DNA from: a virus
Taxonomy: Duplodnaviria > Caudoviricetes
Reading direction: 5' to 3' (one strand)
Length of the DNA: 54,061 nucleotides
Virus record (IMG/VR): IMGVR_UViG_3300043602_000277
Location: 1-54,061 of that record
The notes below the pieces were generated by a model. The model had not been told where the DNA came from and made no database searches. It was given only the letters and a program-made list of their open reading frames with translations. This document shows, one piece after another, positions 27,523-36,393 of the stretch (position 1 is its first letter; every line of letters begins with the position of its first letter). Made by a program: the position numbers and the translations under genes.

Positions 27523-27775
27523 GGCTTTGAGCCAGGCGCAGCGCCAGCATTTGGAAGGGCTGATGGCGGAGATCAAGAGTGCGGAAGTCGCAGCCCAACG
27601 TTTTTTGGGCTATTGTGCGACTGAGGCAGGCATCGAGATCGGGCGGGACGGTTGGCAGTTTGACCTCGACCAGATGGCCTTTTTTGCGGTGGATTCAGCC
27701 ATCGGGTTCGCGGCGAGATCTGACTTGCATCAAGAGGCGGCGTCAGTGTCGGGGAACGGAGACCTTCATGCCTAG
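27512..27775 (+). CDS. Small tail-associated protein, tandem paralog 2
   Basis: Same motif as 27193-27522. Confidence 0.75.
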   Translation: MQYKALSQAQRQHLEGLMAEIKSAEVAAQRFLGYCATEAGIEIGRDGWQFDLDQMAFFAVDSAIGFAARSDLHQEAASVSGNGDLHA

Positions 27776-28460
27776 TGTACTTGCCAACCTGAACGAACTA
27801 ACGGCAATTGCGGTTAACGACTACCTACACGTGCTCGACACATCGGATGTGACTGACCCAGATAAGCGGATCAGGCAAGACAACCTGTTATTGGGCGTGG
27901 CAAAAAAATCAGGAACGCCAGCCTTCGGCAATATCGCCAACTGGATCGATGCCAACACGATACAAGATTCCACCATCGCCTACGCGGATGTGGCGCGCCT
28001 GGGCGTGGCGCAGACCTTTAGCACGCTCAAGACCTTTAGCGCCGGCATCAACTTGGGCGGCCAAACCTTGTCGATTTACCAAGAAAGCACGTGGACGCCG
28101 GTGATTCAGGGCAGTGGTGGCAATCCGACAATGACCTATGGTGTGCAAAGCGGCATTTTCACGAGAATTGGCCGGGTCGTCTTTTATATTGTCACCCTCT
28201 CAATTGCCGCCATCAGCGGCGGCTCTGGCGACATACGGGTTACGCTGCCGTCAAGTGTGGTGACAGGAGGCATCGGCAGCGCCTATCTTAGTGGAATTGA
28301 TTTACCAGGCACGCCGGTTTCGGTCACGGTCAACGCCACCGCAGGCGCAGCCTACGCCACGTTGCAATCAATCCAGGACAATGCCGCCGCCAGCCCTGCG
28401 CAGATTTCCGGACTGTCACCTAGCGATGTAATCGCCGGTAGCGGCTTCTATTTTGCTTAA
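27768..28460 (+). CDS. Short tail fibre/receptor-binding protein
   Basis: AQTFSTLKTF shaft and YQESTWTPV...G.FTRIGRVV head motif. Confidence 0.8.
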   Translation: MPSVLANLNELTAIAVNDYLHVLDTSDVTDPDKRIRQDNLLLGVAKKSGTPAFGNIANWIDANTIQDSTIAYADVARLGVAQTFSTLKTFSAGINLGGQTLSIYQESTWTPVIQGSGGNPTMTYGVQSGIFTRIGRVVFYIVTLSIAAISGGSGDIRVTLPSSVVTGGIGSAYLSGIDLPGTPVSVTVNATAGAAYATLQSIQDNAAASPAQISGLSPSDVIAGSGFYFA

Positions 28461-28530
28461 TAGTTTAGAATAGCGCCCGCGCCTAGCAAACTTGCGACGG
28501 CAGCGGCGGAGAAAGAGAACAGGGGAAATC

Positions 28531-28761
28531 ATGGATCAGGCAGAAGTAGATAAATTCATCATGTCAGGTCAAAGCGCCTTGACTATCTTGGCGCAGGCAC
28601 AAGAGGCGCTCGAACGCTATGCGGCCAGTTTTGAGCAGCGCGGCGGCAGTGAAGTCTATGGCGACGATGCCACCCAAATTGTGTATTTGAGTAACGATCT
28701 AGTCACATGGATGACGCCGGAGCGGGCGGCGACGATTGCGAGATTGCGCATCGACGTCTGA
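28531..28761 (+). CDS. Hypothetical protein
   Basis: AGGGG RBS, 76 aa. Confidence 0.6.
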   Translation: MDQAEVDKFIMSGQSALTILAQAQEALERYAASFEQRGGSEVYGDDATQIVYLSNDLVTWMTPERAATIARLRIDV

Positions 28762-28788
28762 CATATACACAAGCCGCCTGGTGGGAGG

Positions 28789-29163
28789 TTACCGCGCTTG
28801 GTCAACTTCGACAAAGCCGACGCTGGCGTTGCAATTGACCTTGAAGTAGTAAATAGCGGTGTCGCCGCTACCAAGCACATGCGATTCATCATCTAGCTTG
28901 GTGCAGACTGTTCCTTCAGCGATGTCTTTGTATTGCTCATTTGGGCCTTCAGTTAAATCGGCCCAGAGATGAACATAGCCATGGTTCCAGGGCTTCGCTA
29001 CCAATTTCAGAGAGTTTCCAATGGATGCAGCATCAGCACTTGGGGCTCCCCGCGCATCCATTGCGATCTTGATGACGCCAAAGATGACAATCAGAACCAT
29101 ACCGATTATCACAATGGAAATCATGAAGCGACTTAACTTGTTTTCAGATTGGGCGATTGACAT
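28789..29163 (-). CDS. Single-TM membrane protein (moron; possible superinfection exclusion)
   Basis: Hydrophobic FMISIVIIGMVLIVIFGVI followed by a small beta domain with two Cys; lower GC. Confidence 0.65.
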   Translation of the reverse strand: MSIAQSENKLSRFMISIVIIGMVLIVIFGVIKIAMDARGAPSADAASIGNSLKLVAKPWNHGYVHLWADLTEGPNEQYKDIAEGTVCTKLDDESHVLGSGDTAIYYFKVNCNASVGFVEVDQAR

Positions 29164-29335
29164 AGTAGTTCCTGTTGCCGGCTTTAGCCCGCCAACTTTG
29201 CGCAAAAATTGTGGGGCCGCACTAGCGACCCCGCTCCTAATAAGTCTAACTCAAGTTGCCGTGCGAATTTCTGACAGCCGGCTTGCATTTTGGCAAGGTC
29301 GTTGACAGCTATCTGGCAGATCGCTGAACTACTAT

Positions 29336-30007
29336 TTACTGCTCAAATATGTCGGCAAAAGATACGAACTGCGCTAGTCGCATTGGTACGCCATCTGCCC
29401 TTCCCGTTGTGTCGCTGGTCAGGATACCGAAGGGCATCGTAATGCCGAGTTCTTTGGTAATCACCAAGCCTCCACTCATGCCAGCCAAAGGCGTGAGGTT
29501 ATCGATCATTGCATATTGATGGAATACGCGCGATTGTGTTGTTCCCGGCGGTTCTTCCATTGTTTCTGCCTCAAATCCCAATGCTTCGATTGACCGTAAT
29601 TTACCTTTAGGCGGCTGTCCCCAAATCATGGAATCCGAAGGAAATCCAAGTATTTCAACTGGCATGTGAGAGCGTATTTTTCGCGCGGATAATAAGCCGT
29701 CGTAATGGAGAAATAATGGAGCCGGACCAGTCTTTAGTCCAAGGGAGACTACTGCGAAGTCAGCGGTTTGTGTTTCCGATTCCCCGCGCCAGTACCTTGG
29801 AATGGGTGTGCCAAGATCGACGGCGCCCATCGCAGTTGCGATCTTAAGCGCGCCCATTTCTAGCGCGGGTTCTACGACATGGCGGCACGACACAAGAAAT
29901 AGCTCGTTACGATATTGAATCAATACGCCAGAACCATGAGGCCCTGCAAACAGCATGATCCCTGGCGGCCCTCCGGCTACGATTACTACAGAGTTTGAGT
30001 AGTTCAT
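29336..30007 (-). CDS. Trypsin-like serine protease
   Basis: SCRHVV (His), ADFAVV (Asp), GMSGG (Ser) triad motifs. Confidence 0.8.
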   Translation of the reverse strand: MNYSNSVVIVAGGPPGIMLFAGPHGSGVLIQYRNELFLVSCRHVVEPALEMGALKIATAMGAVDLGTPIPRYWRGESETQTADFAVVSLGLKTGPAPLFLHYDGLLSARKIRSHMPVEILGFPSDSMIWGQPPKGKLRSIEALGFEAETMEEPPGTTQSRVFHQYAMIDNLTPLAGMSGGLVITKELGITMPFGILTSDTTGRADGVPMRLAQFVSFADIFEQ

Positions 30008-30189
30008 GCCGAAATTACCTTCCTAAAGCCGGTGCAGACAGCAGCGTAATCGCTGCAACTTCCGTTGCAGCCCATCTGCGACCGCTCGCGCCCGGGCAGT
30101 TCTGCAGCGCCGGCGGCCGCCGGGTGCGATCCAGTGTGAGCGCGTGGATCCACGCGTTGGCCATTGCCGCAATAATTTGTGCTGACCCC

Positions 30190-30339
30190 TCACCGTATCA
30201 CCCGAAATACACCCGGCAAACTCTCGCAGGCGTCGCCATCGTTGTCTTGGTCAAGCTTGTGGATGTCGCCGGCGCCTTCCCTTTGGCAGAAGTCGAAACA
30301 CGCTTGGGACTGGCTGTGCGTGCTGCCTTACCGGCAGTT
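30190..30339 (-). pseudogene. Excalibur calcium-binding domain remnant
   Basis: Reads NCR*GSTHSQSQACFDFCQREGAGDIHKLDQDNDGDACESLP; DxDxDGxACE motif; no start, in-frame stop. Confidence 0.75.
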
Positions 30340-30572
30340 GCCCACAAACTATGTCTACATCGCCCTCTTCACGCGCTCCGGGGAGTGGCGGCCGCGGTCA
30401 GTTGATTTGGTGGAGATGATGGGGCAACGGTGAGGGAGGGATGTCATCATTTTTGTAGGGCAACGGAGAATTGTTGTGAATGAAGATGATTAGCAAAGTC
30501 TTAGAAATGTATTAGATTGCCAAATTCACATAAGAAATGGCTGAAAAGTTAATAGTACATATTTTCGGCTTA

Positions 30573-30681
30573 TGCTAAAATGGCAGGAATAACAGATTGA
30601 AGAGATACCAGGGCGACGCTCACTACGTCCCCTGGCATGGCAGCAGAAACAGGAGTTCTGATGCACCCCGATCATATCATA
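30573..30681 (+). promoter_or_regulatory. Structured leader upstream of the ParB/DUF262 operon
   Basis: TGCTAAAAT extended -10; hairpin CCAGGG-CGACG-CTCACTA-CGTC-CCCTGG; RBS hairpin CAGAA-ACAGGAG-TTCTG; antisense TGATATGAT at 30671-30679. Confidence 0.6.
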
Positions 30682-30795
30682 CCTGGGGGTCTAATGGCCC
30701 CCTTGAATTCCCAAATCGACAACATATCTGGAAATTTCGCGCGCAAACTATGCGCGCTTTTTATTTTCTCCTACAACAACGGTCATAGCTTATGA
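30661..30795 (+). CDS. 44-aa leader peptide coupled to the ParB-like gene
   Basis: AGGAG RBS; its stop overlaps the next ATG (ATGA); contains hairpin GCGCGCA-AACTA-TGCGCGC-TTTTT. Confidence 0.55.
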   Translation: MHPDHIIPGGLMAPLNSQIDNISGNFARKLCALFIFSYNNGHSL

Positions 30796-31694
30796 ATTTA
30801 CCGTTAGACCAAATTCGCAAGGACGGCGGTACGCAAGCACGCGCGCAACTTGATTGGGGCGCCATTGATGAATATGCGGCGTCAATGAAGGAGGGGGAAG
30901 AATTCCCACCCATCATTGTCTACTATGATGGCACCGACTACTGGCTCGCCGACGGCTTTCACCGCGTGAGCGCAGCGGAGAAGGCGGGCCTGACGGAGAT
31001 CGCCGCCGATGTGCGGCAGGGAACGCGTCGGGACGCCATTCTCCACAGCGTGGGAGCGAATGCCAACCATGGGGTACGTCGCACTAATCGTGATAAACGC
31101 CAGGCCGTCATGATGATTCTACGGGATGAGGAATGGGGCAAGCTGTTTGACGGTGATATTGCTCGTCTTTGCGGTGTAACAAGCAGAACGGTTGCGACAA
31201 TTCGCAATGAGATGATTAATGAAAATTTCATTAAGCCTTCGCCAGAACGCTTTGGACTTCGCAATGGCAAGGTTCAAGTAAGAAATGTCGCCAATCTTGG
31301 CCGCAAACCCTCGCCGCTGTTGGTTCCCGAAGCCCTGCCACCAACGTTATGGCCCGTACCTATGCTGACCGATCTCGTCGCCCCAGAGGTTTCGCAGCCT
31401 ACTTTACACGACACGGAATTCACCTACCGTATTGCGCCCGATGATCTCTGTCTTATCGAACGGTGTCCCAACCAAGATGTCGAATGCGCCCATTGGTATT
31501 GGTACATGCGCCGGGATACAGCGGAGGAGGCAGCGGAAGCCTTTTTGCGATTGGGCAAAAGCATGGGATTACCAATCCAAGATGATGTCGTACCGACCAC
31601 AGGGGATGAGTTGGTTTATGAGGATTATGACATGGTTGTCTATGACATAGGTGCCTATGACACGGACGACTATGACGTAGACGAAGATAACTAA
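30792..31694 (+). CDS. ParB/Srx N-terminal domain + HTH protein
   Basis: GTQAR...FPPIIV..DG..YWLADGFHRV.AA; AN..HG..RT..DKR; IARLCGVTSRTV. Confidence 0.88.
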   Translation: MNLPLDQIRKDGGTQARAQLDWGAIDEYAASMKEGEEFPPIIVYYDGTDYWLADGFHRVSAAEKAGLTEIAADVRQGTRRDAILHSVGANANHGVRRTNRDKRQAVMMILRDEEWGKLFDGDIARLCGVTSRTVATIRNEMINENFIKPSPERFGLRNGKVQVRNVANLGRKPSPLLVPEALPPTLWPVPMLTDLVAPEVSQPTLHDTEFTYRIAPDDLCLIERCPNQDVECAHWYWYMRRDTAEEAAEAFLRLGKSMGLPIQDDVVPTTGDELVYEDYDMVVYDIGAYDTDDYDVDEDN

Positions 31695-31722
31695 TTAGCT
31701 ATCAGCCTAACAGGAGAAAACA

Positions 31723-33003
31723 ATGCAAAGTAATATGCTAGGAGGTTTTGACTTACAGAAGGTAATTTTGACGGGCGATATAGCACTCGATTGCTTGACG
31801 CTGGTCGAACGGTACGAAAAGAAGCAATACAGAATCCCTGATTTTCAGCGCCAGCCGCTTTTATGGCCTGACGCGCAGAGACAATCGTTTATCAGTCGAT
31901 TGCGAATCGGCCCCGCTCCAATTGGGACGATTGTACTCTTTGCCTCAGAAGATGATGCAGAACGCCATACCTATTTACTGGACGGATTGCAGCGTATTAG
32001 CACTATGTGGGAATTTTATCACAAGCCCGAGCGTTATGGCATAAGCGACAAGGATATTGCCCACCAGTTCTTACATAACGCAGAATTTCCGGTACAGCGG
32101 CGCACCTACCCGAACCAACGGGAGGCCTATGCAGACTTTCTCCGCTTGCAAGCCAATCTTCATCTCACGGCCTATGAAGAGAATTTAGGGACGCGTTCAT
32201 TACTTCCGCAGTGGTCATGGTTTAGTGGGATAGAAGATGATTTGCATAAGCGCGTGGCGCAAGTAATTGCGGGTTATGGAGTGAGGGAAAAAGATGATCG
32301 GGAGAATGCACACAACTACTTCCGCCACAATTTAGGAATGTTTTTGCGCTATGCAACCGCAAATCTAACATTGGAACCATGGCAGGTAACAGGCAAAATA
32401 AAAGCAAAAGCTGTCGAGACCAGGTTAGCGGAACTGCTTAAATCAGAATCCATGAAATTTAGTTCCGCCACAGAATCTTTAAAAGGGCTTTATCGCCGCC
32501 TCGATCTAGATTTTGCCGTGATTTTTGAAGCGTGGAAGGAGGCAAAGAAAGCAAAGGGGCTTAACGATGCGCGGCACATGGAAATTACTGTAATTCGTTT
32601 TTTACATGAATGCGGTATCTATGCACATCTCAACCGAGTCGGCCCCTATCGCTTCAAAAGTTTTGCACTGCAACTACTGAGCATCACCGAGGGACGCGGC
32701 CAGGTTCCATATAAGAAAGAAGGATCAGCAGAACGTGTCACACTTGGTTTGGGGAAGCTAGGACGTTTGTCGGACATGGCCCGTCATACCGCTGTTGAAG
32801 AGGACATACGCAATCCTGATGACAAGAGCGATAAGAGTAGTGGCAATTATCCAATCGGTCGCGGTCAAGATCGCGGTCATTTGCTTCCAAAGAGTATGTA
32901 CGGCAATGGCCCAACCGAACCGGAGCCAGCCTCATTGAATCGGTCAAAGGGAAATCGGATAACAGAGGAAGAATCATCCATAGATAATTTAGAGCCGGGG
33001 TAG
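31723..33003 (+). CDS. DUF262 (GmrSD-like) protein with C-terminal HNH-like motif
   Basis: IPDFQR...W, LLDGLQR; C-terminal DRGHLLPKS...LNRSKGN; lower GC. Confidence 0.75.
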   Translation: MQSNMLGGFDLQKVILTGDIALDCLTLVERYEKKQYRIPDFQRQPLLWPDAQRQSFISRLRIGPAPIGTIVLFASEDDAERHTYLLDGLQRISTMWEFYHKPERYGISDKDIAHQFLHNAEFPVQRRTYPNQREAYADFLRLQANLHLTAYEENLGTRSLLPQWSWFSGIEDDLHKRVAQVIAGYGVREKDDRENAHNYFRHNLGMFLRYATANLTLEPWQVTGKIKAKAVETRLAELLKSESMKFSSATESLKGLYRRLDLDFAVIFEAWKEAKKAKGLNDARHMEITVIRFLHECGIYAHLNRVGPYRFKSFALQLLSITEGRGQVPYKKEGSAERVTLGLGKLGRLSDMARHTAVEEDIRNPDDKSDKSSGNYPIGRGQDRGHLLPKSMYGNGPTEPEPASLNRSKGNRITEEESSIDNLEPG

Positions 33004-33171
33004 GTGCACGTTCGTCGCTGCCTGTAACAGCGGCTAACATTCGCCGCTGGTCGTGCGCAAACACGCCAGCGGCTTCTATGTATCCAACTATATCCTAAGT
33101 AGAACATATTTCCAAGTGTTTCCATTCACCCTTACCCTAGCTCCGCTACCGCACCCTACCCGTGCAGCTAC

Positions 33172-33675
33172 CTAACGCGCTAGGCGCCGGCTACGCGCCT
33201 CTCTATAGTCCGCTACAGACAACGGCCACCGCTGCCAGTAGCGCAGCCCATCCGCCGGCTGGTCGTAATCGAACAAGTTGAGTCGCCACGCCCGCCGGGC
33301 GCGATCATAGAGCCACAGGCCCGGGCCTCTACCATCCTCCTGCGCCTGGCGGCTGAAGATCATCTCCCGTAGCACGACCGACTCCGTTGACGTGATGCCC
33401 CAGCTCCGATGCCCAGCGCGGCCCCATGGCGCGGGAATGAGCAGGCGCCAGGTCACAGCGTCGATGTTGGACCAGGCGCCGTCATCATCGCGCTCGTAGG
33501 CAAGTTGGGTCAGCCGTTGGACGGCCTCGCTGAAGAGCTCGACGATGGCAGCGTCGGCGTTGCGCCGGCTGAGCGCTTCAGCCACTCGTTGGATCACGGT
33601 ATGCCGTTCCGGGGCGGCTGTGCTGATCGCTGCCTTGCGCTCAAGTTTGGCAAAGATGCCATTAGCGTTTGCCAT
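33172..33675 (-). CDS. Hypothetical protein (early left operon)
   Basis: ATG 33675 overlapping the upstream gene; Trp-rich. Confidence 0.7.
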   Translation of the reverse strand: MANANGIFAKLERKAAISTAAPERHTVIQRVAEALSRRNADAAIVELFSEAVQRLTQLAYERDDDGAWSNIDAVTWRLLIPAPWGRAGHRSWGITSTESVVLREMIFSRQAQEDGRGPGLWLYDRARRAWRLNLFDYDQPADGLRYWQRWPLSVADYREARSRRLAR

Positions 33676-34066
33676 AGCGCCGGAACCTCTCTTTTTGCTC
33701 GCGCTTGAGATAAGCCCATGCCAGCAGTGTGTGGGCGAAAAGGGCGCCGTCGGCTGAGACGAAAACATGCAGGGCGTACGCGCATAGCCACGCCATGGTG
33801 AAGCCGGCCAGCGCCAACAAGAGCGCCGGCACGCTGAGGAACGGAACGCCAAAGGCGAGGATGCCGATCAGCAGCACGACAACACCGGTGGCCGCGGCCA
33901 GCGGGGCGGTCGCCAGCATGAAGCCGTGAGCCCGGTCGCTGTGGGAGCTGTGGGGCATAGGTTCGGTGATCGGGGCGGGTGGCAATGCCATTGGCGGCAG
34001 GATCTCGACGCGGGGCGGGGCAGGGTCGGGGGCGACGAATCTTATGCTATTCTTCTGTTCAGGCAC
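33662..34066 (-). CDS. Membrane protein (3 hydrophobic segments)
   Basis: Hydrophobic stretches; GTG start inside an RBS-occluding hairpin. Confidence 0.75.
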   Translation of the reverse strand: MPEQKNSIRFVAPDPAPPRVEILPPMALPPAPITEPMPHSSHSDRAHGFMLATAPLAAATGVVVLLIGILAFGVPFLSVPALLLALAGFTMAWLCAYALHVFVSADGALFAHTLLAWAYLKREQKERFRRYGKR

Positions 34067-34140
34067 TAGGTACAGTCCTATCTAGTGATTAGCCGGCGGC
34101 TGCTTCTGGCGAGGTCAGCCGCCGGCGACTTTATTAACTT

Positions 34141-34386
34141 TTACGCGCTTTCTGGCGGCGGCAGTTTGGCGATGCGTCCGAGCCATTCCATCGCCACCCG
34201 CACGCGCTCCTGGTGATCTTCGCCGCTATGGTCTTGCCCATAGCGCCACAGGATATACCGCAGCGCCTCCGGGACTTCCGGCAGCGGCTCCGGGGCCGTC
34301 TTGCCCATGCCCATGGCGTCGATATCGGCTTGGATCGCTTTGGCGGCATCGATGGCGCGGCGCAGGGGGTCGAGTTGGTCGCTCAT
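34141..34386 (-). CDS. Hypothetical protein
   Basis: ATGA-coupled to 34383-34640. Confidence 0.65.
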   Translation of the reverse strand: MSDQLDPLRRAIDAAKAIQADIDAMGMGKTAPEPLPEVPEALRYILWRYGQDHSGEDHQERVRVAMEWLGRIAKLPPPESA

Positions 34387-34640
34387 GATTCGCCTCGCTC
34401 AGCTTTGGCCCATGCCTCGGCTTGTTCGCGACGATACTTGTAATCGTCCCACGCTAGGTTGCCTTCGTCGGCCTCATCCCTTTGTACGCGCACTTCGTCA
34501 ACTGCGGCGGCAATGATGAGGTCTACAATCTGCTCGACCTCCATATCGTTGTCAGAGTCCCAACCAATATCGTTTTTCCTGGCGAGTAAGCGGAAGTAAT
34601 GGACGAGTAGCCGTTTGGCTGCGTTGGCGTTATTAGCCAT
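34383..34640 (-). CDS. Hypothetical protein
   Basis: AGGAG RBS. Confidence 0.7.
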   Translation of the reverse strand: MANNANAAKRLLVHYFRLLARKNDIGWDSDNDMEVEQIVDLIIAAAVDEVRVQRDEADEGNLAWDDYKYRREQAEAWAKAERGES

Positions 34641-34687
34641 GGTGTTTCTCCTGGGCGGATTAGCCGCCGCCCCGGCAGTAGTTTGGC

Positions 34688-35383
34688 TCAGGCGTGAACG
34701 CCGTTGCGGGCGTGCTTGAGTTCCGCTTCGAGCTGCCGGATCAGCAGCGTGGCCTCATCGGGCGTCAGCTCTTTGCAGCTGGTGGCGGCGCCGTTCGTGA
34801 CCTCACTGACGAGCTGCGGTCGTTCGGCGTCCCAACGCTTGCCGTGAACGTCTACGCCTAGCACGTTGAGGCGCGTCATTTGAGCAGGGGAGAGGCGGTT
34901 CGGCTTGGCCGTGACGGGGGCGTTGGGCTCCCACAGCGCTTCGTCGGCGCTGCGGATCTCGCCCGTTTCGGGGTCGAGCGTGATGTCGAGGCCGTCGTCG
35001 TCGTCGTCCAGGCCAGACGGTTCCTCGGCCTGGGCCGCGTTGACTGTGGGCTTGGGCTGGGCGGGCGGTATTTCGGGCTTGACCCTGATTGCATCTTCCA
35101 TCTTGCCAAAGGCGCGTACCTTGGTGGCATGAATGACAATTTGCTTGCCTACCCAATCATCCGTGTCCATGCCGTGAAGATCGGCAATGATCATGCAGTT
35201 CGTTCGATTCAAGACTAACCCCTTCGCCGCATTTGTGAACCATGCGACTGGTTTGGTCACGGTCTTATTGTCGTGCGATTGCATATCCTCTAAGGTCACG
35301 CTGCGAATGGTTAAGATGAATGACTTGCCATTCAAGTCAGCGGAGGCTATAAAGCGAGTTGGAAACAGGTCGGCGACCTTCAT
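34688..35383 (-). CDS. Putative ssDNA-binding/recombination protein
   Basis: MKVADLFPTRFIASADL..K...LVLNRTN...DTDDWVGKQI, a common phage early-protein pattern; acidic DPETGEI segment. Confidence 0.6.
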   Translation of the reverse strand: MKVADLFPTRFIASADLNGKSFILTIRSVTLEDMQSHDNKTVTKPVAWFTNAAKGLVLNRTNCMIIADLHGMDTDDWVGKQIVIHATKVRAFGKMEDAIRVKPEIPPAQPKPTVNAAQAEEPSGLDDDDDGLDITLDPETGEIRSADEALWEPNAPVTAKPNRLSPAQMTRLNVLGVDVHGKRWDAERPQLVSEVTNGAATSCKELTPDEATLLIRQLEAELKHARNGVHA

Positions 35384-35425
35384 GGTTTGCTCCTGCGCGT
35401 GTACGATGCGCGCCCCCGATAAGAA

Positions 35426-35653
35426 TCAGCCTTGTTGCTTAGCGAGAATGGCTTCGCACTTTTTGCAGTAGTGGCCATGTTGCAGCGGCCCGACCAGCAT
35501 CGGTGCAATGTCATCGGCGGCGGCCACCTTGCCACAGAGGGCGGTACGAGTCCCATATTCGGGGTACTCATGGATGCCAACGAAGAGATGTACCTGCGTT
35601 GACGAGCCGTCTGCTTGGCGGTTGCGCCAGAACTTACGATACGAGCGCCACAT
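35426..35653 (-). CDS. Small zinc-finger-like protein
   Basis: VH...TALCG...CKKC. Confidence 0.55.
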   Translation of the reverse strand: MWRSYRKFWRNRQADGSSTQVHLFVGIHEYPEYGTRTALCGKVAAADDIAPMLVGPLQHGHYCKKCEAILAKQQG

Positions 35654-35655
35654 GC

Positions 35656-36093
35656 TTACTTGCGTCGCCACCAATTGACCTTTTGCGCTTTGGCCCACGC
35701 GTCGTTATGGCCGCGGATATATGCGTCATGCGCCAGGGTGCAGCCGCGGGGCGGATTGTAACAACCGGCGGCTTGGTCGCCCATTCCAGCCAGATAGGCA
35801 TCTTCGATGGGATCGCTTTTGTCGAACAAGCCCGCGCTATCCTCATACTCATCCGCTTCCGCCGCCTCATCGATGACGTTCTGCAGCGGCTCCAGGCGGC
35901 TCGTGCACCCCGATTCCAAATCGGTCACATACCCGCGATCTTCCAGCCACACGATGAGGTCAGCCGGCAGCGGCAACTCCTGTCCGGTTTCACGCCGCCA
36001 GTCGAGCAGCTCGGCCAAGCGGGTGTCGATGTGGACCATGGGTGGCTGCGACGCTATCATTTTACCGACGGCAAAGACATAGGTAGTCGCCAT
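35656..36093 (-). CDS. Hypothetical protein
   Basis: Tightly packed in the left operon. Confidence 0.65.
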   Translation of the reverse strand: MATTYVFAVGKMIASQPPMVHIDTRLAELLDWRRETGQELPLPADLIVWLEDRGYVTDLESGCTSRLEPLQNVIDEAAEADEYEDSAGLFDKSDPIEDAYLAGMGDQAAGCYNPPRGCTLAHDAYIRGHNDAWAKAQKVNWWRRK

Positions 36094-36095
36094 GA

Positions 36096-36284
36096 TTATA
36101 GCCCCTGTGCTTCGAGGTAGGTTCCCATGTTGGGCAGCTTGGTGCCGGCGGCCTGTGCGGCCTTGCGGTCGGCGGCGTACGCCTTGAGGGCCGCGTCATA
36201 TTTGGCCTGGCGCTCGCGTGCCGGCGCATTGCGGCGCCGTGATGCGATTTGCTTCTGGGTCTTGACTGACATAGAATTTGTCAT
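36096..36284 (-). CDS. Small basic protein, first gene of the left operon
   Basis: AGAAAGG RBS, ATG 36284. Confidence 0.65.
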   Translation of the reverse strand: MTNSMSVKTQKQIASRRRNAPARERQAKYDAALKAYAADRKAAQAAGTKLPNMGTYLEAQGL

Positions 36285-36358
36285 TGTTGAAACCTTTCTT
36301 GGAAGAGACAGGATTGAGACCGTGAGGCGGGCCGTTACGAGCGGCTGCGCCTCTTTTC
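36249..36358 (+). ncRNA. Putative ~75-nt antisense RNA with its promoter, covering the leader of the left operon
   Basis: TTGCTT-17-TAGAAT (36249-36277); transcript ends at hairpin GAGGCG..GCCGTTACGAGCGGC..CGCCTC-TTTT. Confidence 0.5.
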
Positions 36359-36393
36359 TATTGGCTTGCGCCCTTGCGCTTGCCTGTGAATCC

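Noticed and set aside
22115-28460. Diversity-generating retroelement or invertible tail-fibre cassette
   Set aside because: No reverse transcriptase, no adenine-specific TR/VR pair, and no invertase or flanking inverted repeats were seen.
36320-36331. 12-bp match CCGCCTCACGGT between the left-operon leader (minus strand) and the motif at 53545
   Set aside because: A single short GC-rich match, not exact in the module A copy; could be chance, so it was not used as evidence linking the two RNA systems.
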